From assembly GCA_947478845.1 (NCBI GenBank), contig CANJXC010000006.1, positions 491 to 64,490 of the forward strand: a DNA stretch of 64,000 bases, written 5' to 3'. Numbering within the stretch: position 1 is the first letter of the stretch; every line of letters begins with the position of its first letter. This stretch comes from Spirochaetales bacterium (GTDB taxonomy: Bacteria; Spirochaetota; Spirochaetia; JABEVK01). The notes under the pieces were generated by a model that saw only the letters and a program-made list of their open reading frames with translations, searched no databases and was not told the origin of the DNA. Made by a program: the position numbers and the translations under genes. This document shows positions 30,841-40,855 of the stretch, piece after piece.

Positions 30841-31763
30841 GAGCGTTCTTCCCTTGTCAGCCGTTGGATGGGCAGTATCACCAGCAGCACGAGAACCATC
30901 AATAACACCGCTAAAGCCGAGGCCGGCCCGATGCGCTGTTCTGTAAACGCCAAAATATAGATTTGAATGCCCGGCACGGCGGTTGCGTTCCCTGGCCCCC
31001 CTCCCGTCGAAACATAAACGATATCGAACGCTGCCAAGGCAGCGATGATGGTCACAGTCAGACAAACTCCGATTTCTTGCCGAAGCAGGGGAACGGTGAT
31101 AGACAAAAACTCCTGTAACCAGTTACTTCCGTCAATCCGCGCGGATTCAAACAGCGAAGGGTCAATCTTGGCAATGGCAGTGGCTAAGAGCACGGTACAG
31201 AAACCCAGTAACACCCAGATCCCAATCATCCCGACGGCGGGCAGAGCCCAATCGAAGTCCCCGAGCCAAGCCCGAGCCCAGGATTCCAGGCCCGTGGCCC
31301 TGAGGGTCTCATTGAGCAAGCCGGGCATAGCAAGAATCCACCCCCAAATGATACCAGCGGCGACCAAGGGGATAACCTGGGGCAGAAAAAGTATGGTGCG
31401 GGCCACAGAGCCAAAGGTCCCTGCAGCTACCTTGTGCATCACGCTGGCAACGACCAGTCCCAAGCCGACAGGTATCAAGCTGAAAAAGAGAACCAGCTTA
31501 AACGCATTGATAATGGATTCGAAAAGGACGGGAACCTCAAACACGGTTAGGTAGTTTTTCAGACCCACCCATTTCATGACCCCTATACCGTCCCATCGGA
31601 AGAACGAGTATTCGAGGCTCATGAGGAAGGGCACCAACACAAACAAGGCGTAGAAGGCGAGAGCTGGAAGGGCGAACAACCAGCCTACAACCAATTCCCG
31701 GCGGATAGGCCGCCGGGAATTGGCCTCTGGTCGTGGAGCCAACAGAAAACTACGTTGTTTCAT
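30837..31763 (-). CDS. Carbohydrate ABC transporter permease (MalF-like)
   Basis: VGLKNY, ESARIDGSN EAA loop, FDIVYVSTGGGP. Confidence 0.9.
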   Translation of the reverse strand: MKQRSFLLAPRPEANSRRPIRRELVVGWLFALPALAFYALFVLVPFLMSLEYSFFRWDGIGVMKWVGLKNYLTVFEVPVLFESIINAFKLVLFFSLIPVGLGLVVASVMHKVAAGTFGSVARTILFLPQVIPLVAAGIIWGWILAMPGLLNETLRATGLESWARAWLGDFDWALPAVGMIGIWVLLGFCTVLLATAIAKIDPSLFESARIDGSNWLQEFLSITVPLLRQEIGVCLTVTIIAALAAFDIVYVSTGGGPGNATAVPGIQIYILAFTEQRIGPASALAVLLMVLVLLVILPIQRLTREERS

Positions 31764-31778
31764 GTTGGCTCCACGCGC

Positions 31779-33077
31779 TTACTGTTCCAGTTCTCTCAGG
31801 TACTCGGCCTGAACAGCCTTGAGCATTCCTGCGGCTGTTTGCTTTCCGCCCACCATTTTCTGGAGTTCGGGAGTCCAACCTTGAGCAAAAATGGCACTGG
31901 TAGCGTTGGCAATGAAGTCCATCGCATTTCCAGCCTTGCCAACCTCAACTCCGGCAGCCAGAGTCTCGTTGGTTACGGAACCAGCGGCAACTTTGCCAGC
32001 AGGTGCGCTCGCAGGGCCACCGGGGTTCGAGCCGCCAATGTCGATATTGATCTGGCGAGCTACAGGGTTGATCGCGACCCAAGTCAGGAAGAAGGCGGCG
32101 GCGTCGGCGTTTTTGGCCTTGGCGGCGATGCCGTAGGTCAAAGGAGCCGACATGGCGGCGGGACCGCGGCTAGCCGTATCAGGGGGCATCGCAAAGAAAC
32201 CGACGTTGCCGGGAAGGTCCTTGTCGTAACCGGGGTTTTGCCAGTCGCCGTTGAAGGTGAACACGCCTTCGCCTTGACCAAACCGCGCTGCGGCGTCGGT
32301 ATACTCAATGGCGTTAATATCGGCTGGGAAGTAGCCCTTATTGATCCAGGCCTCCAACATCTGAGCGGCCTTGAGGTTGCTCGGAGTGTCGATGGTGGCG
32401 CCTTTTTTGTTAAAGATCCACTCGTTGATGGGTTTCACCGGACCCACAGCAGCCATAAGGGCTTGGAGCGGGAACGCGAGACCCATGCCGCTCTTGGCAC
32501 TGCCCCATTCCATGATGGGCTGGAGCTTGGCAGCCTTGGCCTTGGCTAGGATAGTTTCAAACTCAGCCAGGGTCTTGGGGGGCTTGGTCATGCCGATTTG
32601 CGCGGCCAGCTTCTTGTTGTAGAAGACGCCGGTCATGCTGTAGTTCAAGCCCATGGCGTACAGCGAGCCTGCACCGCGGATGCCGTCGGAACCTACCCGG
32701 TTCTGCACCATTTGCGGCACGGGCCACTTGTTCCAGCCCAACTTGTCGGCGTAGCTATCGAGGTTCATCAAAAGGCCCTGCTTGGCAAAAGACACCATCG
32801 TTGGGAGGCGGATCAAGTCGGGCGGATTGTCGCCCGAGAGCAGGCGCGGGGTCACGTTGATCAAGTTGGCAAACTGGTCCTGCTTGATATCCCAAGTCAC
32901 GTTGGGATACTGCTTGGTAAACTCTTCGGCGAGTTTGTAGGGAATGTCGAAACCGGTTTCAAAGTAGGCATTGAGAACCACGGGGTTCTTGCCGAACGGT
33001 GGAACCAGCGTTTGAGCCGGAAGGGTCACAGCGCCCGCAAGCGCCAGAACCACTAAGAAAGTAAGAACTTTTCTCGT
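31779..33077 (-). CDS. Carbohydrate ABC transporter substrate-binding protein (family 1); start codon uncertain
   Basis: SBP family 1 motifs (PPDLI, GVFYNKK, FGQGEGVFTFNGDW). Signal peptide RKVLTFLVVLALAGAVTLPA. The best SD points at an ACG at 33077; the alternative is ATG 33125. Confidence 0.85.
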   Translation of the reverse strand, partial: TRKVLTFLVVLALAGAVTLPAQTLVPPFGKNPVVLNAYFETGFDIPYKLAEEFTKQYPNVTWDIKQDQFANLINVTPRLLSGDNPPDLIRLPTMVSFAKQGLLMNLDSYADKLGWNKWPVPQMVQNRVGSDGIRGAGSLYAMGLNYSMTGVFYNKKLAAQIGMTKPPKTLAEFETILAKAKAAKLQPIMEWGSAKSGMGLAFPLQALMAAVGPVKPINEWIFNKKGATIDTPSNLKAAQMLEAWINKGYFPADINAIEYTDAAARFGQGEGVFTFNGDWQNPGYDKDLPGNVGFFAMPPDTASRGPAAMSAPLTYGIAAKAKNADAAAFFLTWVAINPVARQINIDIGGSNPGGPASAPAGKVAAGSVTNETLAAGVEVGKAGNAMDFIANATSAIFAQGWTPELQKMVGGKQTAAGMLKAVQAEYLRELEQ

Positions 33078-33154
33078 ACTGAGAATCTCCTCTGGTAGCG
33101 AAAAATGTTTGTCATCGCTGACCATTAAATAATTTGTCTCCATGCATCGATCTG

Positions 33155-34978
33155 TCAATTCAAACTTGGGTTTTCAGATCGTCCTCTGTTCTGCTGCTCC
33201 TCGATGGCCCGCAGGAAGACCGTTCCATAATGCTCAAGTTTGGCCTCGCCCACGCCGTGCACCTGCCGAAACTGTTCCCGGCTCCTCGGCGCCTTCGCGG
33301 CCATGTCCTTGAGCGTTTTGTCGCTGAACACCACGTAGGCCGGCACACCAACCTCGTCGGCGATGCGCCTTCGGACGGCTTTGAGGGCTTCATAGAGGTC
33401 CGGGTCGCCGTCGGTGGTCGAAACTGCCTTGGGTTGGGGGGCTGCAGCTTTCTTCTCCTCAAAGCTGCGGAACTTGACCAGAGGCACCCTTCGCTCGCCT
33501 TTGAGCACCGGGTTAGAAAGGACCGTGAGTCCCAGCGTCATCCCACGGTCGTAGGACACACCAACGTAGCCTGCGTTGATCAGTTGGCTGGCGTATTCCA
33601 TCCATTCTTCAAACTTCAGTTCTTTTCCGGCGCCAAAAGTCTTCAAATCGTGCCAGCCGGGTTCTACAACCTCTTGGGCGTTACTACCGCGTAGAATGAG
33701 CGCGCACTGGCGTGCTGTGGCCCGCCCGCCGGTGCGGTACACCGCCGAAAGCAGTTTTTGGGCCGTAACGGTGCCGTCAAAAGTCTGGGGTGGATTCTCG
33801 CAAACGTCGCAGTGCCCACAGTCGGTTTCAGGGGTCTCACCAAAATAGCTCAGCAGAATGCGGCGGCGACACTGCAAGGCCTCGGCGTACTGCTTCATGC
33901 GCTCGAGCTTGGCCGCCAGCAGGGCCCTGCGGTCGGGGTTGGCATCGTCCATGAACTTGAGTTGCTGGGCCACGTCGGAATAGCTGTAGAACAACAGGGT
34001 GTCGGCGGGGAGACCGTCGCGTCCGGCGCGGCCGATTTCCTGGTAGAACCCCTCGAGGTTTTTGGGAAGGTTGTAGTGAATCACCCAGCGCACGTTGCTC
34101 TTGTCGATACCCATGCCAAAGGCGACTGTGGCGCACACGATGTCCAAATCGTCGCGCAGGAAGGCTTCCTGAACCGCCGAACGGTCTTCCGTAGCCATTC
34201 CAGCGTGGTAGGCCCGTGCCCTGTGGCCCTTGACGCGTAGTTTTTCGGCCAGTTCCTCGGTCCCGGCACGGCTGAGACAATACACAATGCCTGCTTGTCC
34301 AGGGTGCCGGGCCAGGAAGTCAACGATGCGCTCCATCCGTTTCAGACCGGGAAGAACCGCTAGGTGCAGGTTGGGCCGGTCGAAGCTCGACTGGTACACC
34401 GCAGCCTCGTCGATGGCCAGTTGAGCGAGGATGTCGCGGCGGATAGCCGGGTCGGCCGTGGCGGTTAGCGCCATCAACGGCACCCCCGGCAGAATCGACC
34501 TCAGTTGGCCAAGCTTGGTATACTCAGGCCGGAAGTCATGTCCCCAGAAAGAAATGCAGTGCGCTTCGTCGATAGCTACCAGGCCGATGTTCCAAGAAGA
34601 CAATCGCCCCGAAAGCCCCGAAAACAGGCGTTCGGGGCTCAAGTAGAGCAGTTTCAGCGTACCAGCTTCGATGCGGGTCATCACCCGCTCGGCTTCGATG
34701 GCATTCTGGGTGCTATTGAGAAAATCGGCCGCCACGCCGTTGGCCTTCAGGGCGCCCACCTGGTCTTTCATCAAAGCCACTAGTGGCGAGATCACCAGCG
34801 TGAGCCCCTCGCGGCACAAGGCCGGCACCTGAAAGCACAACGACTTACCGCCACCTGTAGGCATGAGCACCAGAGCATCCTCACCGGCGAGTGAGCGTCG
34901 AATAATCTCCTCCTGAAGGGGAAGAAAGCTCTGGTAACCAAAAACATCGCGAAGCACATCACGGGGAAGAGGAGCCAT
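33155..34978 (-). CDS. recQ: ATP-dependent DNA helicase RecQ with RQC and HRDC domains
   Basis: MPTGGGKSLCFQ, IDEAHCISFWGHDFRPEY, ALTATA, ATVAFGMGIDK, QEIGRAGRDG, CRR...CGHCDVC, and the HRDC segment VPAYVVFSDKTL. Confidence 0.96.
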   Translation of the reverse strand: MAPLPRDVLRDVFGYQSFLPLQEEIIRRSLAGEDALVLMPTGGGKSLCFQVPALCREGLTLVISPLVALMKDQVGALKANGVAADFLNSTQNAIEAERVMTRIEAGTLKLLYLSPERLFSGLSGRLSSWNIGLVAIDEAHCISFWGHDFRPEYTKLGQLRSILPGVPLMALTATADPAIRRDILAQLAIDEAAVYQSSFDRPNLHLAVLPGLKRMERIVDFLARHPGQAGIVYCLSRAGTEELAEKLRVKGHRARAYHAGMATEDRSAVQEAFLRDDLDIVCATVAFGMGIDKSNVRWVIHYNLPKNLEGFYQEIGRAGRDGLPADTLLFYSYSDVAQQLKFMDDANPDRRALLAAKLERMKQYAEALQCRRRILLSYFGETPETDCGHCDVCENPPQTFDGTVTAQKLLSAVYRTGGRATARQCALILRGSNAQEVVEPGWHDLKTFGAGKELKFEEWMEYASQLINAGYVGVSYDRGMTLGLTVLSNPVLKGERRVPLVKFRSFEEKKAAAPQPKAVSTTDGDPDLYEALKAVRRRIADEVGVPAYVVFSDKTLKDMAAKAPRSREQFRQVHGVGEAKLEHYGTVFLRAIEEQQNRGRSENPSLN

Positions 34979-35052
34979 ATTCACCATCATACTAGAAAAC
35001 AAGCCCAACAGCGCTTGGGCTTGACGTGATGATGAGCGCCGGGGACTTTGGA

Positions 35053-35541
35053 CTAGCGCCGGGGGCCTTGGTCGTTTTCTTGACCCCAGTCCATCATTCC
35101 CCTGCCACTACGGTCACCTTTGCCTTTGCTACCCCAACCCCGAGCACGATCGTTCCCTCTGGTCAGGTCAATCTCCTTGCCGTTTACCGTAATCTTGAAA
35201 ACATGGAACACCGGCTGAACTTTCGTGTCAGCCTTGACGGTGGTCGCCGTGCCTTCCAGGGTGATGGTATCGCCGTTCTTCGCGTCCACGAGCGCCCTCG
35301 ACCAGCGGGGCAACACCAGAAGGTATTCCAAGCCCTCGGACTGAAACACCGGGTCGAGTCGCTGACCGAGCACCAGTTGTCCGGTTGCCTTCTTGTACTC
35401 CGTGGTCACCATCGTGCCGAGCTTCCACTCGAGTCCGGCAACTGCCTCGGCCCCTCTGCCCATCCCATGCATCGGCTGGGCAAAAGCCGTTATTCCGGCT
35501 CCCAGTAGCACCGCCGCCATTGTCATCGCCAACTTCTTCAT
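35053..35541 (-). CDS. Hypothetical secreted protein (OB-fold-like)
   Basis: GGAGG SD, signal peptide, Gly/Met-rich termini. Confidence 0.65.
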   Translation of the reverse strand: MKKLAMTMAAVLLGAGITAFAQPMHGMGRGAEAVAGLEWKLGTMVTTEYKKATGQLVLGQRLDPVFQSEGLEYLLVLPRWSRALVDAKNGDTITLEGTATTVKADTKVQPVFHVFKITVNGKEIDLTRGNDRARGWGSKGKGDRSGRGMMDWGQENDQGPRR

Positions 35542-35767
35542 TTTACACCTCCGTGCTCTCGCACAAAGCCTATTTGCAAGTGCCGTGCCAATCTTCAGGT
35601 TGACGAAGACGCCTCTGCCATCGACAGCGTTCAGTTCGGGCGGGAAAAATCTTCACCAGTACCGAGGCCTGGGAAACCCTTTCTCAGTGGATACATCGCT
35701 ACGGTTGACAATTCAATAAAACCGGTTCAGTGTGAACCACTACAATTTCCTTAGGAGGAAGCAACAA

Positions 35768-38335
35768 GTGAAGAAATTTTTGACTCTCGCTGTAATGGCT
35801 TTTGCCCTGACAGGCTTTGCCTTTGCTGCAGACAAAGGCCCCATCGTCGACAAGATCTTGTTCGACGGCAAGACCCAGGAAGACATCGGCCTGAAAGATG
35901 TCGCCTCCGGCAAGGGTGACCTCTGGAACTACGGAACCTCGGGCTCCGCGTTCAAGGCTCTTCCGGACGACATCAAGTCGAAGCTCGACGTGTACAACGT
36001 GACAGGCGTCAGCTACTTGTCGATCTACATGAATCCCTACCCGAACAAAGCCCCTTACCTTACCGATGCCGCCACCGACATCTCCAAGAAGGTTCAGTTC
36101 AACCCCTTCGCCATCCGTGAAGTTCGCTATGCGATGAACTTCCTTATGAACCGCAAGAAGATCATCGACGAGATCATGGTGGGCTCGGGCCTGCCCATGT
36201 ATACGGCCGTCACCCCGACTCAGCCCAACTCGTCGAAGTACGACCTGATTGCCGCCAAGCAGGGCTTCACTCCCGCAGGTAACGAGAAGAAGGCTATTGC
36301 GGATATCACCGCCGCCATCACTGCGGCCTCAAAGTTGCCTGAACTTGCTGGCAAGCTCACCTTTGATGGTAAGTTCTGGAACTTCAACGGAGCCCCGGTT
36401 ACGGTCAACTTCCTCATCCGTGTTGACGATCCAAACGTTCGTCTTCCCGAAGGCCGCTACTTGGCCGACCAGATCGAGAAGGCCGGCATCAAGGTTACCC
36501 GCACCGAGCAGAACCGCACCGCGTTACGCGTCCTTTGGGGTAACTCTGACCCCAAGACCTACCAATGGAACCTCTACACCGAAGGGTGGGGTGGCGGTCA
36601 GACCTACGCCTTTTGGGAAACCTCTATTGGCCAGATGTATGCGCCTTGGATGGCTAACTTGCCAGGCACCGGTAAGGCGGGTCAGTGGAACTACGAAAAT
36701 GCCGAACTCGACAGCCTGACCAGCGACGCCGTCAACGGCCGCGTTAAAGACACCGCCGATTATTACGACAAGCTGGCAAAGGCGACCGACCTCGGCTTGA
36801 AAGAAGCTGTACGAGTGTTTGTGGCCGCCCAGACCACCTACTACGCCGCCAGCAAGGACCGCATGAACTCCCGTATGATCTACGGTTTGGGCGACGGTAT
36901 CAACAAGTTCTCCTACTACACCGCCGATGTGAAGCCCGAAACCTCGGGACCCGACAAGGGCCTCAAGGTGCTGCGCTCCTCCGGCTTCGCCTCGCAAGGC
37001 TCGCTGTTCATGTCGTCGTGGGACCCGCTCGGCCCCAACGGCTTCAGCGACATCTATTCCTCGGCCATTATCAAGGAAGCTTCCGACATGGAAATGGAAG
37101 CCAACCCCGTCACCGGTATTCCCATGGAACTGCGTGCCAGCTACAAGGGCCTCGATACCAAGCTCGATGCCGACGGTAACGGAGCCATTCCAGTGCCGAA
37201 AACCGCGGTTTTGTGGAACGCCAAGACCCAGAAATGGGAATCTGGCCTGAATTACAAGGACATCAAGGACGACGGCTCCACCTTCGACTATGTCGCAGCT
37301 CCGAAAAACCTGGCTAAGTCGACGGCCACGTTCACCTTCAAGTTCGGAGCCTGGCACCACGGACGCGCGGTCGACATCAACGACTACCGCTACGCTTTGG
37401 CGATTCCCTACGACCTCTCCGTGAAGAAGGGTGACAACGATAAGGTGTACGAAGAAGAGTACGCCGGTGCGGTCAACCCCAACCTTCCCCGCAACAAGGG
37501 TGTTGTGTTCAACGCCGACAACACCATCACCTCTTTCGGTGACGTGAATTACCCCATGGACAAGCCTTCCTTGGCTGCTTTGCTTGCTCCCTCGCTCATG
37601 GTTCAGGGATCCAACTATGGTTCCGTGGTGCCTTGGGAAATCTTGGAAGCTGTGAAGGGTATTGTTTCGGAAGGCAATGCCTCGAAGACGGCCTACGCCT
37701 ACAACTCTGACGAGAAGTTCGTGGAGATTGACTTGCTCAGCCAGAAGGCCGTAGCCGACCTGAGGGCCAAGTTGGTCGAGTATGCCGCTGCCAAGCGTGT
37801 ACCTGCCTCTCTGGTTGGATTCGTCAAGCCCGAAACGGCTGCTGCGAACTACAACCTGGCCATCAAGTTCCTCGACGCCCATGGTCACGCCTACATGTCG
37901 AACGGCGGGTTCATGCTCGACAAGTACGACCCCACGAGCTTTAACGGCCAGTTGGTTGCCTTCCGCAATGCAGCTTACCCCTACGAGAAGGGTTACTTCA
38001 CCACCGCGTTGGCGACGAAGTTCACCCGCATCGATGGCATCAAGCTCGACACCTACAAGAAAGGTACTGATCTCAAGGTTACTGTGACCCTGAGCGAGGT
38101 GGCCTTCCCTGCCAATACCGCCAAGGCTTTGGCTAACGGCAAAGTGAACGTGACGCTGATCGCCGACAAGGAATACACCGTTGCCGCGAAGAAGCTAAAG
38201 GATGGTACCTACGAAGGCACCATTTCCGCCAAAACCCTTGATGGGCTCAAGGCTGGCAGCTACACGGTTGTTGTCGATTCGGCTCTCACCACGGAAAGCC
38301 CGACTGTCGAAACAACGAACGTCGTGATTTTCTAA
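35768..38335 (+). CDS. Large ABC substrate-binding protein (family 5, peptide/oligosaccharide) with a C-terminal beta-sandwich extension
   Basis: GTG 35768 with an AGGAGG SD, SPase I signal (AFA-AD), NPFAIREVRYAMNFLMNR. First gene of a Dpp/Opp-type operon. Confidence 0.85.
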   Translation: MKKFLTLAVMAFALTGFAFAADKGPIVDKILFDGKTQEDIGLKDVASGKGDLWNYGTSGSAFKALPDDIKSKLDVYNVTGVSYLSIYMNPYPNKAPYLTDAATDISKKVQFNPFAIREVRYAMNFLMNRKKIIDEIMVGSGLPMYTAVTPTQPNSSKYDLIAAKQGFTPAGNEKKAIADITAAITAASKLPELAGKLTFDGKFWNFNGAPVTVNFLIRVDDPNVRLPEGRYLADQIEKAGIKVTRTEQNRTALRVLWGNSDPKTYQWNLYTEGWGGGQTYAFWETSIGQMYAPWMANLPGTGKAGQWNYENAELDSLTSDAVNGRVKDTADYYDKLAKATDLGLKEAVRVFVAAQTTYYAASKDRMNSRMIYGLGDGINKFSYYTADVKPETSGPDKGLKVLRSSGFASQGSLFMSSWDPLGPNGFSDIYSSAIIKEASDMEMEANPVTGIPMELRASYKGLDTKLDADGNGAIPVPKTAVLWNAKTQKWESGLNYKDIKDDGSTFDYVAAPKNLAKSTATFTFKFGAWHHGRAVDINDYRYALAIPYDLSVKKGDNDKVYEEEYAGAVNPNLPRNKGVVFNADNTITSFGDVNYPMDKPSLAALLAPSLMVQGSNYGSVVPWEILEAVKGIVSEGNASKTAYAYNSDEKFVEIDLLSQKAVADLRAKLVEYAAAKRVPASLVGFVKPETAAANYNLAIKFLDAHGHAYMSNGGFMLDKYDPTSFNGQLVAFRNAAYPYEKGYFTTALATKFTRIDGIKLDTYKKGTDLKVTVTLSEVAFPANTAKALANGKVNVTLIADKEYTVAAKKLKDGTYEGTISAKTLDGLKAGSYTVVVDSALTTESPTVETTNVVIF

Positions 38336-38353
38336 GCTTTAACTACGTCTGAT

Positions 38354-38388
38354 ACAAGAGAGTCCGCCCGCAAGGCGGGCTCTCTTGT
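38354..38388 (+). terminator. Intercistronic stem-loop after the SBP gene
   Basis: ACAAGAGAGTCCGCC-CGCAA-GGCGGGCTCTCTTGT followed by TTT. Confidence 0.65.
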
Positions 38389-38407
38389 TTTGCCATGAGG
38401 AAGGCCC

Positions 38408-39451
38408 ATGTACCGCAAGTTTGTGTTGAAAAGGGTGATGTACGGGATCTTCATGTACATACTCATGATTTTGACGTTTTCGATTTTGTTCAACAACGTC
38501 GCGGAACAAACCCTTCATGACCAGATTGAAGAACAGATTACCCAAGAAGTTCGTGCCTACAAGAACATGAACAAGGAGCAGCTGGTCTCCATCGCCAGCG
38601 AAAAGCGAGCTCAAAAGACTCAGAAGTACCATCTTGATCAGCCGCTTGTGCTTCGAATTTTCTACCGTACCCTAGATACTTTGATGTTCAATTATGGTAA
38701 TGCCACCATCCTCAAGGCCGCCAACGGTGATAAGGAGGTGATTAATATTGAGCTGGCCTACCTCCCGAACACGCTGATTCTGTTCGCGACACAGGTGGTT
38801 ATCACGATTCTGATCGGAATCCCGATGGGGCTTTGGGCGGCCCGTAAACCCAATGGTGTTCTCGACCGCACAACCTCGGCACTTTCGATGATTACCAACG
38901 GTTTGCCCGCTTGGTGGTTGGGCCTCATCATGATTATGGCTTTTGCCTACGGGCCTCTTGGTATCTTTCCTTCGGGAGGAATCCACATCAACCCTGCCCC
39001 AGAGGGTTGGGATGGTGTTCTCGACTACCTCTGGCACCTTTCGCTACCGCTGATCACGCTTGTGTTGCTGAGCATTTGGGGAACGGCCTACCTAGTGCGA
39101 AACATTGTTTTGGGCAATTTGCAAGAAGACTTCGTCATGGCCGCTCGGGCCCGAGGTATTCCAGAGCGCTATGTTCTTTTAGGGCATACACTTCGTACCT
39201 CAATGCCCGCTATTCTGACTATTGTGATCTTAGGGCTTTTTTCTTCCATTTCGGGAAACATAGTGTTTGAAATCATTTTTGGTTGGCCGGGCCTGGGTAA
39301 ACTGTACTGGGTTGCCATTCAAGGCAATGATATCCCCGTGCTGATGGGTACTCTGGCTATCTCGACCCTTATCAATATCTTGGGCTTCGTGATACTCGAC
39401 ATCATTTACGGCTGGCTTGATCCTCGAATCAAGGTAGGAGGAACGGCATGA
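38408..39451 (+). CDS. Peptide/nickel-family ABC permease (DppB/OppB-like)
   Basis: LPNTLIL, GIFPSGG, HLSLP, EAA loop FVMAARARGIP, FGWPGLG. Confidence 0.9.
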   Translation: MYRKFVLKRVMYGIFMYILMILTFSILFNNVAEQTLHDQIEEQITQEVRAYKNMNKEQLVSIASEKRAQKTQKYHLDQPLVLRIFYRTLDTLMFNYGNATILKAANGDKEVINIELAYLPNTLILFATQVVITILIGIPMGLWAARKPNGVLDRTTSALSMITNGLPAWWLGLIMIMAFAYGPLGIFPSGGIHINPAPEGWDGVLDYLWHLSLPLITLVLLSIWGTAYLVRNIVLGNLQEDFVMAARARGIPERYVLLGHTLRTSMPAILTIVILGLFSSISGNIVFEIIFGWPGLGKLYWVAIQGNDIPVLMGTLAISTLINILGFVILDIIYGWLDPRIKVGGTA

Positions 39452-40851
39452 GCTTCCGCGAAAACCTGGAAGGACTGGGCGAGTTTTGGAAAGAATTTCG
39501 GCGCAGCACTTTGGGTTTGGTCGGACTGACCATCCTCATTCTGTTTGTACTGGTAGGTTCCTTTGGTCAGTATTTGATTCCTTTCCCTGGAGCCACCGAG
39601 AATTGGCGCAACATCGATTTCTGGCAAGACAACCCCCAAGCTGCCCCTCCCGTGTGGACCAACCTGCCATGGGGTACCCAAGCTGCCTCGTCGGAGTTTC
39701 TTACCGATGCCAAGACCGAGACAGACGAGCTCGACGGAGGCGTCAAGCAGCAGACGTGGACCATTAACTACAATTTCACCGCAGATCAGGCTCCTCGCGA
39801 TGTCATTTTTGCCTTTGCAGGCATAGGCCAAGTACCTGTGATTTTGTCGGTCACCCGCCCCGATGGCAAGACAATCGAGGTCTCCCGCGAGCAGATGGAC
39901 CTCGTGGAAGAGCAGTTGACGCGTTTTTCGGTGACCAACACGGGGGCCGGGAAGGTCATTGAGTTCATCCGGGGCGAGGATGCGGAAATCGCGACCTCGA
40001 TGCTGGCCGACATCGTCAAACCTACCCGGTTACTTTTTTCTAAAATCGCCAGCGACATGGAGACCAATCCGGTGATGCTTAAGGGTGAGTATGTGTTCAC
40101 CATTAAGGCCCTTTATCTCACCGAAAACTCTAAGGTTGAGAATCCCACGGTTCGCATCTCCGGGTTTGTTTCGGGTTTGATGGGCACAGATATTTCCAAG
40201 CGCGACATCTTCACCGGCATCATCATCGGCATCCGCTGGGCTCTCATCATTGGCCTTTTGACTTCGCTCATCACGGTTCTCATCGGTGTGCTCCTCGGGG
40301 TCATTGCCGCCTATTTTGGCGGCAAAATCGACTGGGTCATCAACCGGGTGTACGAGTACTTCTACCTTATGCCTATCATCCCTTTTCTCATCGTCATCGC
40401 GGCGATTTTTAAGATCACCATCTGGTGGCTTATTGCGCTCATCGTCATTTTCTTCTGGTCCGGGGCCTTCAAGCCAGTATATGGCATGGCCCTCCAGCTC
40501 AAGGAAGAAGTATTTGTCGAGGCCAGCAGGGCCTTGGGAGCCAGCAGTTGGCGTATCATTCTGCGCCACATCTTCCCCATGGTGCTTCCCTACAGTTTTG
40601 CTGTGATGGCTCTCAGTGTTCCTGGAGTCATTGTCTATGAGGCCACGGTGAGCATCCTGGGCTTAGGCGACCCCAGTATTGTCAGCTGGGGCCAGATTTT
40701 GCACGACGCCGAGGGGCAGGGGGCTGTGATCAACAACCTTTGGTGGTGGGTCGTACCCCCGGGACTCATGATTGCTCTGATGGGCATGTCGTTCGTGTTT
40801 CTCGGTACCGCCCTCGACAAAATCCTCCAACCCAAACTGAAAACCAGGTGA
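39448..40851 (+). CDS. Peptide/nickel-family ABC permease (DppC/OppC-like) with a large periplasmic insert
   Basis: LMGTDISKRDIF, FVEASRALGAS, ILRHIFP, SWGQIL, WWWVVPPG. Confidence 0.9.
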   Translation: MSFRENLEGLGEFWKEFRRSTLGLVGLTILILFVLVGSFGQYLIPFPGATENWRNIDFWQDNPQAAPPVWTNLPWGTQAASSEFLTDAKTETDELDGGVKQQTWTINYNFTADQAPRDVIFAFAGIGQVPVILSVTRPDGKTIEVSREQMDLVEEQLTRFSVTNTGAGKVIEFIRGEDAEIATSMLADIVKPTRLLFSKIASDMETNPVMLKGEYVFTIKALYLTENSKVENPTVRISGFVSGLMGTDISKRDIFTGIIIGIRWALIIGLLTSLITVLIGVLLGVIAAYFGGKIDWVINRVYEYFYLMPIIPFLIVIAAIFKITIWWLIALIVIFFWSGAFKPVYGMALQLKEEVFVEASRALGASSWRIILRHIFPMVLPYSFAVMALSVPGVIVYEATVSILGLGDPSIVSWGQILHDAEGQGAVINNLWWWVVPPGLMIALMGMSFVFLGTALDKILQPKLKTR

Positions 40852-40855
40852 CCTC

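Noticed and set aside
31755-32549. 264-aa plus-strand ORF
   Set aside because: Antisense to the sugar-binding protein gene.
36524-37888. 454-aa minus-strand ORF
   Set aside because: Antisense shadow of the strongly codon-biased SBP gene; no motifs or RBS.
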